This document shows, in pieces, positions 45,867 to 54,149 of a stretch of DNA of 59,704 nt. Made by a program: the position numbers and the translations under genes. Under the pieces are notes generated by a model. That model saw only the letters and a list, made by a program, of their open reading frames with translations, made no database searches and was not told the DNA's origin. The stretch covers positions 1-59,704 of the forward strand of contig JAJDAR010000038.1 in NCBI GenBank assembly GCA_029261775.1. Reading direction: 5' to 3'. How positions within the stretch are numbered: position 1 is the stretch's first letter; every line of letters starts with the position of its first letter. This DNA is from Deltaproteobacteria bacterium (GTDB taxonomy: Bacteria; Myxococcota_A; UBA9160; UBA6930).

Positions 45867-45922
45867 TCCCAGCACCCGTCCCGTCGTCCAACCGGCTGAT
45901 CCCAGCACCCGCTCAGTCGTCG
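45857..45922. repeat. 2 x 33-bp tandem duplication (AACCGGCTGATCCCAGCACCCG + 11 nt)
   Basis: A 22-nt identical block occurs at 45857 and 45890. Copy 1 holds the zapG-like TGA (45864-45866) and copy 2 holds the convergent yheU-like stop (45913-45915). Confidence 0.88.
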
Positions 45923-46188
45923 GAGAAAGTCAGCTCCCGCGCCGGCACGAGGTTGAGCGACTCGCTCTTCGGGTCGAACAGGATCACGGCCTCGCCGCGC
46001 TCGAGCTGCGCGAGGACGTTCTCGACTTTCTCGTCGAAGCTGCGCTCGCGCTCGCCGTAGTCGGTGCCCTCGCGGCCCACGAAGGACTCGGCCACCGCGC
46101 GAAGCGTCCCCGCCTCGAGGTCGTCGGGGTCGATCCGCACGGGTTGGTTCGCGTCGTCCACCGACGGATCCTCTACCTTGGCCCGCAT
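45913..46188 (-). CDS. yheU: YheU (UPF0270) family protein
   Basis: 'LRAVAESFVGREGTDYGERERSFDEKVENVLAQLERGEAVILFD' closely parallels E. coli YheU. An alternative GTG start at 46140 fits the E. coli N-terminus better. Confidence 0.8.
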   Translation of the reverse strand: MRAKVEDPSVDDANQPVRIDPDDLEAGTLRAVAESFVGREGTDYGERERSFDEKVENVLAQLERGEAVILFDPKSESLNLVPARELTFSDD

Positions 46189-46732
46189 GCGCGCAACTCT
46201 CCCGATCCGTGGCTCGATCCCGTTCTGGCTCCCCTGCATGGTCGCCCTGGCCCTGGCATCGGCGGCGCCCGCCGAGGAGGAACCGCTCGCCATCGGGGAG
46301 CGGCTGGGGCCGATCTCGCTCGAGGATCAGCACGGCGACACCCATACGATCGACGAGTCGGTTCGTCTGGTGTTGTTCAGCCGCGACATGGAGGGTGGCG
46401 AGATCCTGAAGACCGCGGTCGCGGATCAGGGCGCCCCCGATCTGCTCAGGCTCGGGGCGGCCTACGTGGCCGACATCCATCGCATGCCGGGTCTGGTGGC
46501 GCGATTCATCGCGGTCCCGCGGATGCGGGATCGGCCCTATCCGATCCTCCTCGACCGGGACGGCCGGGCCAGCTCCCGTCTGCCCGACGCGGAGGGAAGG
46601 GCGACCGTCCTGGTGCTCGACCGGCTGACCCTGACCGGCGTGCACCACTTCGACGACGTCGGCGCGCTGCGGCGCCATCTCGGTCTCGATCCCGAAGGCG
46701 AAGAGCCCGCCCCGGCCGATCCCGCGCCCTGA
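46187..46732 (+). CDS. Secreted hypothetical protein (possibly thioredoxin-like/YtfJ-like)
   Basis: Signal peptide (IPFWLPCMVALALASAAPA); 181 aa. The family assignment is weak. Confidence 0.5.
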   Translation: MRATLPIRGSIPFWLPCMVALALASAAPAEEEPLAIGERLGPISLEDQHGDTHTIDESVRLVLFSRDMEGGEILKTAVADQGAPDLLRLGAAYVADIHRMPGLVARFIAVPRMRDRPYPILLDRDGRASSRLPDAEGRATVLVLDRLTLTGVHHFDDVGALRRHLGLDPEGEEPAPADPAP

Positions 46733-46735
46733 AGC

Positions 46736-47263
46736 TCAGCCGGCCGGATGGACCGCCGGCCAGACCAGCGCATCGAGCACGAAGGTCTGGATCGCGAAGA
46801 CGATGGCCGCCAGCACCACGCCCGGCCCCGCACGCTCGGGTCGCACGGCGACGAGCGAGGCCACCAGGGCGAGCGATGCGAGCCCGACGACCCAGAGAAC
46901 CGCGCGGATGGCCAGCCAGAGGCTGCGATCGCCCGGGTGGTCGGCCAGCGCGAAGCAGAGCGGCATCCAGAGGGCCGACCCCAGCAGGATGGCGCCATAC
47001 AAGACCGGAAACAGGCCGTAGCCGAACGGACCGACGCGGGTCCTAGCGGGATCCAGGCGGAACACGACGAAATGGCTGAAGGCCAGGAAGCCCGCGGCCG
47101 CCAACGGCATCCAGGCGGTGTACGCCCCGCGCCAGGCCTCCGGCACCCCGCCCCACAGCAGCCCGACGTCGTCGGGGCGGAACACGAAGCCGTACCCGTA
47201 GCTGGCCAGCACGGCCGGGCCGCCGATCAGGATCGAGGCCACCAGAAGTGTGCGAGACGTCAC
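46736..47263 (-). CDS. Integral membrane protein, function unknown
   Basis: 175 aa with about 5 hydrophobic helices and a GTG start. Confidence 0.55.
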   Translation of the reverse strand: MTSRTLLVASILIGGPAVLASYGYGFVFRPDDVGLLWGGVPEAWRGAYTAWMPLAAAGFLAFSHFVVFRLDPARTRVGPFGYGLFPVLYGAILLGSALWMPLCFALADHPGDRSLWLAIRAVLWVVGLASLALVASLVAVRPERAGPGVVLAAIVFAIQTFVLDALVWPAVHPAG

Positions 47264-47397
47264 GCCCGGACCCTAACCGAGCGCCCCGTCGCGTCTCCTC
47301 CAACCACGACGGGCGCCCGAACGGGGCTCATGGGTTGACAGGGCCTCTCACAGCGTGTGCCTTTACCATCTGTCGTGCAGATACTGGGGGGAAGAGG

Positions 47398-48144
47398 ATG
47401 CAGTGCGGTAGGTGGGGAAACGGAGCGAGACGTGGTGCCGAGGCCCCGGTCCACGAGCCGACCGGCAGGGCGATCCGGAGCCGGGTCCTGCCTTGGCTGG
47501 CAGCGGGCGTCCTCGGGCTGCTGTGTCTCGTGCTGCCGGCGGGCGCCGCGCCGATCCTCGACCAGGATTCCACCGGCCAGCCGGCCGGGGATCTGTGGGA
47601 CGACAACGACTCGACCCTCTACCAGGTCTTCACGGTCGGCCAGACCGGCACCCTCGACTCGATCCAGATCGATCTGCGGGTCATGCCCGACACGGGGTTC
47701 CAGTTCCAGGTCGGTGCCGTGGATCCCGCCTTCGATCCGATCAGCTCGCCGAGCCTGGTCCTCGGCACCTTCGGCAGCGTGTTCGTGGCGGCATCGACGC
47801 CCATCGGAGTGGTGCTGATCGACCTCTCGCTGCTCCAGGTCGAAGTCGACCCTGGGGATCGGCTGGCCTTCTTCGTCGAGCACGACGACGTCTTCTCCGT
47901 GGCGGGAGCGACCGACTATCCGGGTGGGGACGCCTTCTTCGACTGCGCCTCGTTCGACGACTGCATCGATCCGCTGGGTCCGCCCGACTCCGTCGCCGGC
48001 GGGACACCGATCTTTCCGGTGGTCGAGGCCGGCGTCGGTTCGCGACAGGTCGCCTTCCGCAGCTTCGTGCTCGTGCCCGAGCCCGCCCTGGCAGGTCTGC
48101 TGCTGCTGGCGGCGCTCGTCGGGAGGCGCGGCCGACGGGCCTGA
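47398..48144 (+). CDS. PEP-CTERM sorting-domain protein
   Basis: Signal peptide, then the C-terminal 'VPEPALAGLLLLAALVGRRGRRA' (PEP motif + TM + basic tail). A GAAGAGG RBS lies before the ATG. Confidence 0.8.
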   Translation: MQCGRWGNGARRGAEAPVHEPTGRAIRSRVLPWLAAGVLGLLCLVLPAGAAPILDQDSTGQPAGDLWDDNDSTLYQVFTVGQTGTLDSIQIDLRVMPDTGFQFQVGAVDPAFDPISSPSLVLGTFGSVFVAASTPIGVVLIDLSLLQVEVDPGDRLAFFVEHDDVFSVAGATDYPGGDAFFDCASFDDCIDPLGPPDSVAGGTPIFPVVEAGVGSRQVAFRSFVLVPEPALAGLLLLAALVGRRGRRA

Positions 48145-48156
48145 GGGTCCGCGTCG

Positions 48157-48468
48157 TCAGCGCGCGCGCAGCCTCCGGAAGACCGACGCGGGGCTCGGGG
48201 CTTCGGCCTCCGGGGTCGCCTCGCCGAGCCTCTCGCCGATGCCGGCGCAGAGCGCATCGGCTTCGGCGATCCCGCGCGCGTCGAGCTCCACCGGCAGCAG
48301 CTTCTCGACCACCACCCGCATCTCGGCCCCCGAGACCTCGTGGGCCGCGAGCCCCGCCTCCTTCAAGGCGATGCGCAGCGTGCCGCGGGCCTGGAGCCGG
48401 TCGAGATCGGAGAGCTCCTCGAGATGGCGCGCGGCTTCTTCGAAGGCGGGTGAGCACGACGGTGCCAC
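48157..48468 (-). CDS. Small hypothetical protein
   Basis: 103 aa. The GTG start immediately follows the TGA of the upstream membrane-protein gene. No family recognised. Confidence 0.45.
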   Translation of the reverse strand: MAPSCSPAFEEAARHLEELSDLDRLQARGTLRIALKEAGLAAHEVSGAEMRVVVEKLLPVELDARGIAEADALCAGIGERLGEATPEAEAPSPASVFRRLRAR

Positions 48469-49266
48469 TCAGGTCGACTCGTAGCGGCGCAGGTACCAGC
48501 GCGGTGGGAAGAAGGTGATCCAGATGAGGGCGCCCGCCATGAGACCCAGCACGGCCTGGGCGAGGACGACGAGCGGGGGCAGGGTTCCCTGGCTGCCTGC
48601 CGCGATCGCACGAAGCAGGAACATCGAGAGCACGGCCGCCGTGGTCAGGCTCCAGAGGAAGAACACGTGGGCGTCGACCTCGCGGGCGAGCCCGACGCGG
48701 ACCCGCCGCTGCATGCGGCCGAAGTACAGGAAGGATTCCACGAAGCACCAGGCGAACGCCGAGGTCCGGGCCCCGAATCCGAGCCAGTACCAGGCGCTGT
48801 GGCTCAGGGTCGCACGGTCGAAGCCGCCGGACGCGGCCTCGCCGACCAGGGAGACGGCAAGGGTCGCGAGCGCGGCGGCGAAGACCACACGCCCCAGGTG
48901 GCCGGCCGAACGGAACACCCGCCAGCTGAACCACCACAGACACGCGGCCCCCAGGTCGAGCGAGAGGATGCCCAGAACGAGCATCGCGGGGGCCGCTGCG
49001 GGCGCGACGAGGCCCTCGGCGGAAGCCAGCACGATCGGGACGTAGCCGAGCACGCCCCCCAGCAGGAAGGCCAACCCGATGGCTAGCTCGGGGGTCTGCC
49101 TCGTGCGGCGCGCCAGGCAGAGCAGCCGGATGCCGACGACCGTGCTGCTCAGCAGGAAGAAGGCGAGAGCGGTCAGGGAGAGGGCTTGCACGTCGATCGA
49201 CCTGTTCTGCGCGAGGCGGTCCCGGTTGCCCCGGCGGCCACCCTCGACCGCTCTGACGGGCTCCAA
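48469..49266 (-). CDS. Integral membrane protein, function unknown (about 7 TM)
   Basis: Hydrophobic helices throughout. The start is uncertain: TTG at 49266 or GTG at about 49191. Confidence 0.55.
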   Translation of the reverse strand: MEPVRAVEGGRRGNRDRLAQNRSIDVQALSLTALAFFLLSSTVVGIRLLCLARRTRQTPELAIGLAFLLGGVLGYVPIVLASAEGLVAPAAAPAMLVLGILSLDLGAACLWWFSWRVFRSAGHLGRVVFAAALATLAVSLVGEAASGGFDRATLSHSAWYWLGFGARTSAFAWCFVESFLYFGRMQRRVRVGLAREVDAHVFFLWSLTTAAVLSMFLLRAIAAGSQGTLPPLVVLAQAVLGLMAGALIWITFFPPRWYLRRYEST

Positions 49267-49404
49267 GCGGCTCGTCGGTCGTCTGGTCGGCGCGCTTGAA
49301 CGCCCGTTCGGCGACCGTACGGGTGGACGGGGCGGGGCGCGGGATTGCCTCTGGCGGACTCGGCCAGAAGCGTTCAGGATGGAAATTGGGGGAAGGGAGC
49401 CACC

Positions 49405-52400
49405 GTGTCCGACAAGGCGCAGGATCGCCCCGAGCCCTCCGACCGGGAGGCTCGGAGCTCACGATCGCGGGCGGGGCGCAGCGGGTGGGGACGCCTGGCG
49501 GCCGCCGTCCAGAACGGTCTCGAGATCGCGCGCTTTGGGGGGCTCGGAGAGCGAGAGCCCCAGCCCTTCGACGTCGTCGTCGAAGGAGAGCACCACCGGC
49601 TGCGACGCTACTACCCGGAGCGAGCGGCTGCGGATCGGCCCGCCGTCCTGCTCGTGCCGCCCCTCATGCTCACGGCCGAGGTCTGGGACGTCTCCCCGGA
49701 GTCGAGCGCGGTCGCGACCCTCGCCGAGAACGGTGCCGACCCGTGGGTGGTGGACTTCGGCTCCCCGGAGAGCGAAGAAGGTGGACTCGCACGCGATCTG
49801 ACCGACCACGTGGTCGCGGTGAGCGACGCGGTGGAATCCGTCCGTCAGGCGACGGGCCGCGACGTCCACCTGATGGGCTACTCGCAGGGCGGCATGTTCG
49901 CCTATCAGGCCGCCGCCTATCGACGCTCGGAAGGCATCGCGTCGCTCGTCACGTTTGGAAGTCCGGTGGACATGCACAAGAGCCTGCCGGCCGGTCTCCC
50001 CGCCGACGTCGTCGTGGAAGCGATCGAGCGGCTGGGCAAGGTGCAGGCGTCACTCATGCCGTCCGGGATTCCCGCCTGGGCGACGCGGCTGGGCTTCCAG
50101 CTGATGGATCCCGTCAAGACGTTGCAGCAGCGGATCGACTTCGCGCGGCAGCTGGCGGACCGCGAGACGCTGCAGAAGCGCGACGGCATGCGTCGGTTCA
50201 TGAATCGCGATGGATGGGTGGCCTTCCCCGGGCCGGCCCTGGCCGACGTCACCGAGCAGCTCGTCGCTCACAACCGCCTGCTCCAGGGCGGCTTCGTGAT
50301 CGACGATCGCACGATCACCCTGGCCGATCTCACCGTTCCGATCCTGGCCTTCCTGGGCACGACCGACTCGATCGCGCCCCCGGCCGCGGTTCGCGCGATC
50401 GCCGCGGCGGCGCCCAGTGCCGCGACCTATCAGGTCAAGCTCCAGGCCGGTCACTTCGGCCTGGTGGTCGGCTCGCGGGCGTCGGAGATCACCTGGCCGA
50501 CGGTGGCCGCGTGGATCCGCTGGTGTGACGAGGGTGGCGAGCGCCCGGAGATCGCGACCCGCCTCGAGGCCCGGCGGGACGCGAAGCCGGAACGCACCGC
50601 CATCGAGGATCTCGCCGTGGGCGCGAACATGGCCTGGGGCCTGGGCCGGGACCTGCTGGAGGGCGCGGCCGCGGCCCTTGGCGACCGCGCTGGGCTGCTC
50701 GGCCGGTTGGCCGAGGCCGTCGCGCCGCAGATGCCGCGGCTCGAAAGGTTGGCCGAGCTTCGCAGCGACACCCCGATCAGCCCCGGCAGCGTTCTGCAGG
50801 AGCGCGCCGACGATTCGGCCGAGGACACCTTCTTCCTGTTCGAGGGACGAGCCCATTCCTACGCGGCAGCGAACGTGCGAATCGACAACGTGGTGCGCGG
50901 CTTCCTGCACTGCGGGGCCCGGCACGGCCAGCACGTGGGCGTGCTGATGGCGACCCGCCCGAGTGCCGTCGCGGCGACCGTGGCGCTCTCGCGACTCGGC
51001 GCCGTCGCGGTGTTGCTGCGGCCCGACAGCGATCTGGCGAGCCAGCTCGCACTCGCGCCCGTGGATCACCTGCTCTCCGACCCCGAGCACGCGGAGGCCG
51101 CGCGGGCCGCGTCCGAACGCGACGTGCTCGTGCTCGGAGGCGGAGGCGATCCGCGCGCGCTGGCGCCCGGCCTCATCGACATGGAGGCCATCGACCCGGA
51201 GCAGGTGCACGTGCCGGACTGGTACACACCGAACCCCGGACGGGCCGGGGAGCTGGCGTTGATCTTGATCACGGGCGACGGCGATCGCCTCTCGACGAGT
51301 CGGGTGAGCAACCGTCGCTTCGCCACCTCCGCCTACGGAACGGCGTCTGCCTGTGCGCTGACGGCACGCGACACGGTCTACTGTTGCTCGCCCACCCATC
51401 ACGCGACGGGCATCCTGGTCTGCGTCGGGGGTGCGCTGGTCAGTGGCGCCCGCCTCGCGATGGCGAGCCGCTTCGAGGCCAGCCTCGACCCACAGGTCTT
51501 CTGGGAGGACGTGCGGCGCTACGGCGTCAACGTGGTGTTCTACAGCGGAGCCCTGCTGCGGGCGCTGGTCAACGCTCCCGATCGGCGGGAGGAGCGCCAC
51601 CACCCCATCCGGCTGTTCGCCGGGAGCGGCATGCCCAAGAGCCTGTGGAAGCGGCTGACCCGGCGCTTCAAGCCGGCACGGGTCGTCGAGTTCTTCGCGT
51701 CGACCGAGGGCAACGCCGTGCTCGTAAACGTGACCGGAGAGAAGATCGGCTCCCTCGGGCGGCCCCTGCCGGGCGCCGCCGAGCTGGCCGTTGCGGCCTG
51801 GGACCTCCAGCAGGGCCGGTTGATCGAGGGCCGCAACGGCTTCGTCGGGCGCGCCGGCGAGAACGAGGTCGGACTGCTGGTCGCGAAGGTGGAGCCGGAG
51901 CGCGGCGAGGTTGCCGGTCGCCCGATGCGAGGCCTCTTCGAAGCTGGGGATGCCTGGCTCGACACGGGAGACCTGGTCCGCCGCGACGCGGCCGGGGACT
52001 ACTGGTTGGTCGATCTGGTCGGCGACGTCATCCACGCGCGCACCGGCGCGATTGCAACCCTCGTCGTCGAGGACGTGATCACGACGGAGCTCGACTTCGT
52101 CGATCTCGTGGCCGTCTACGGTGTCCAGCTGCCGGGACAGACCCACGAGACGCCGGTGGCGGCGCTGACGTTGCGGCCCGGGGCGAAGCTCGATCCCGTG
52201 CGCTTGCGCCGCCGGGTCGAGCGACGGCTCTCGGAGCCCCAGCGTCCCGTCGTGGTGCGGGTCCTGGCCGAGCTGCCCTTGACCGCCGGCCATCGCGTGC
52301 GGAAGCGTCCGCTTCGCGAGCAGGGTCTCGGCCTCGACCAGGCCCAGGGCGAGTGCTTCTGGCTGGCGCCCGACTCCCGCGCCTACGAGCCGCTCGATCG

Positions 52401-52530
52401 CGAGGTCGAGGCCGCGTTGCGGGGCACGGGGGCGCCCTCCGCCGCGCCCGCCCCGAGTCTTCCCGAGGTGGAGACCCCGGCCGCGGCGGGCCCCGAGCCG
52501 GCGGAAACGCAAGACGGGGAAGGTTCCTAG
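49405..52530 (+). CDS. Fusion protein: PHA-synthase-like alpha/beta hydrolase + FATP-like acyl-CoA synthetase (M. tuberculosis Rv1683-like)
   Basis: The N-terminal half has the lipase box GYSQGG and PhaC-like flanks. The C-terminal half is an AMP-binding enzyme ('FFASTEGN', 'WLDTGDLVRRDAAGDYWLVD'). The GTG start is preceded by GGAAGGGAG. Confidence 0.8.
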   Translation: MSDKAQDRPEPSDREARSSRSRAGRSGWGRLAAAVQNGLEIARFGGLGEREPQPFDVVVEGEHHRLRRYYPERAAADRPAVLLVPPLMLTAEVWDVSPESSAVATLAENGADPWVVDFGSPESEEGGLARDLTDHVVAVSDAVESVRQATGRDVHLMGYSQGGMFAYQAAAYRRSEGIASLVTFGSPVDMHKSLPAGLPADVVVEAIERLGKVQASLMPSGIPAWATRLGFQLMDPVKTLQQRIDFARQLADRETLQKRDGMRRFMNRDGWVAFPGPALADVTEQLVAHNRLLQGGFVIDDRTITLADLTVPILAFLGTTDSIAPPAAVRAIAAAAPSAATYQVKLQAGHFGLVVGSRASEITWPTVAAWIRWCDEGGERPEIATRLEARRDAKPERTAIEDLAVGANMAWGLGRDLLEGAAAALGDRAGLLGRLAEAVAPQMPRLERLAELRSDTPISPGSVLQERADDSAEDTFFLFEGRAHSYAAANVRIDNVVRGFLHCGARHGQHVGVLMATRPSAVAATVALSRLGAVAVLLRPDSDLASQLALAPVDHLLSDPEHAEAARAASERDVLVLGGGGDPRALAPGLIDMEAIDPEQVHVPDWYTPNPGRAGELALILITGDGDRLSTSRVSNRRFATSAYGTASACALTARDTVYCCSPTHHATGILVCVGGALVSGARLAMASRFEASLDPQVFWEDVRRYGVNVVFYSGALLRALVNAPDRREERHHPIRLFAGSGMPKSLWKRLTRRFKPARVVEFFASTEGNAVLVNVTGEKIGSLGRPLPGAAELAVAAWDLQQGRLIEGRNGFVGRAGENEVGLLVAKVEPERGEVAGRPMRGLFEAGDAWLDTGDLVRRDAAGDYWLVDLVGDVIHARTGAIATLVVEDVITTELDFVDLVAVYGVQLPGQTHETPVAALTLRPGAKLDPVRLRRRVERRLSEPQRPVVVRVLAELPLTAGHRVRKRPLREQGLGLDQAQGECFWLAPDSRAYEPLDREVEAALRGTGAPSAAPAPSLPEVETPAAAGPEPAETQDGEGS

Positions 52531-52829
52531 CCCGGATTCCGCGAGCTGTCGTCGAGCGGCGGGAACCTGTCCCGCGCGGCATCGGTCTTCTCTGCTGGCG
52601 TTGCGCCAGGCCACCCTACGTCAGCCCGACCTGTCGGTCGGTCGGGTCGTTGGATCCCTCTCCTGCGCGCAGAGTCTTCGGGGACCACGTCTGCGTGGGC
52701 ACGAGGCCAGACCTTCCGCTGCCACCGCGTTATCGCGCGGGTTTGCCTTACCGCGTACGGGTGAGGCGTGGGCCGAGGCGATCGGCCTAGCATGGTGCAG
52801 CAGCGTGCCGACGAAGGGGCCTCTCGTTC

Positions 52830-54011
52830 ATGCCTGCGCCGTTCTTCCAGGTCGACAATCTGCTCTCGATCATCGAGCGTCTGCACGCGGAGCGGGACGG
52901 CGTCCAGACCCTGGTCGATCTGGCCAACGGGCTGAGCTCCGCCCTCGGTGGGGCCTACGTCGCCATCGCGCGATGGCACGAGCATCCCCTCGAGCGCGGT
53001 CCCCAGATCTCGACCGGTCACGACTCGCACTTCGACGAAGTCTATCTCGCCCACTACCCGGACCGGATTCCGTGGCGCGCCAAGGTCCACGAGCTCGCCG
53101 GCCGCTTCTTCGACGCCCGCGAGCACTTCGACGAGGCGACGGTCCGGAGCACCTCCTTCTACGCCGAGTTCATGGAGCCGCAGGGGTTCGCGCCCCTGGC
53201 GGTGATCGGAAGCCACCACGATCCGAACGAGGACGGTCCGGGCAGCGGCTGGGCCGTCTACGGGCGGCGCGACTTCCAGCCCGAGGAGACGCGATTCTGC
53301 AGGCGGCTCGATCCTCACCTGGCCCAGGCTGCGCGCAATGCAGGGGACCGTCTGGTCGTACAGCACCGGCTGGACCAGGTTCGCGAGCTTCTGGACGGCA
53401 TTCCGGCGGGCATCGTCACGCTCGAATCGAACGGGGCCGTCGGTTGGATCAACCTGGTGGCGCGGCGGATCCTGGCCGCCGAGGACGGTTTGAGCCTCCG
53501 CGACGGACGCCTGGTCGCCGAGGACGAAGGCGCCGATGCGGCCCTCCGTGCAGCCCACCGGCAGCTGATCGAGGGCGAGCACACGGTGCGTTCCCTCATG
53601 GCGGGTCAGCAGACGCCTGCCCTCTCGATCGAGCGGCCCTCGGGGCGGCGGCCGCTGGGCCTGGTGTTCGTGGGTCGCCAGGAGACGCCCGTGATGGAGG
53701 ACGGAGAGCCGATCGGAGTGATCGCGCTCTACGACCCCGAAATCCAGAGTGCCGAGACGCTCCCGCAACTGCGCCAGCTGTATGGCCTGACCGAGGCGGA
53801 AGCCAAGCTGGCGTCGGCCATCGCGGTCGGGGCGACGCCCCAGGAGTTCGCGGAAAAGACCGGCCGCTCCCTCGAGACGGTCCGCACCCAGCTGAAGGGC
53901 GCCTTCCGCAAGCTCGGCGTCTCGCGGCAGAGCGAGATGGTGCGGATGCTCGCCCCCCTGGTGCTCGCATCCGGGTCGGACGAGGCGCCCGATTCGGTGG
54001 AGCCCGATTGA
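52830..54011 (+). CDS. LuxR-family transcriptional regulator with N-terminal sensory region
   Basis: C-terminal LuxR HTH ('LTEAEAKLASAIAVGATPQEFAEKTGRSLETVRTQLKGAFRKLGVSRQSEMV') and a PAS-like middle segment. Confidence 0.85.
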   Translation: MPAPFFQVDNLLSIIERLHAERDGVQTLVDLANGLSSALGGAYVAIARWHEHPLERGPQISTGHDSHFDEVYLAHYPDRIPWRAKVHELAGRFFDAREHFDEATVRSTSFYAEFMEPQGFAPLAVIGSHHDPNEDGPGSGWAVYGRRDFQPEETRFCRRLDPHLAQAARNAGDRLVVQHRLDQVRELLDGIPAGIVTLESNGAVGWINLVARRILAAEDGLSLRDGRLVAEDEGADAALRAAHRQLIEGEHTVRSLMAGQQTPALSIERPSGRRPLGLVFVGRQETPVMEDGEPIGVIALYDPEIQSAETLPQLRQLYGLTEAEAKLASAIAVGATPQEFAEKTGRSLETVRTQLKGAFRKLGVSRQSEMVRMLAPLVLASGSDEAPDSVEPD

Positions 54012-54149
54012 GTCGCAGCGCCCACGCGTGCCTGCGAATCAAACACCGGCTCATCCCCGAGGACGATTCCCAGATCTGATCCGATCCACCGCGATCCCTC
54101 GCCGGAACCGATCTTCCGTGGTGTAGGATCGGAGTCGGGGGGATCCAGC

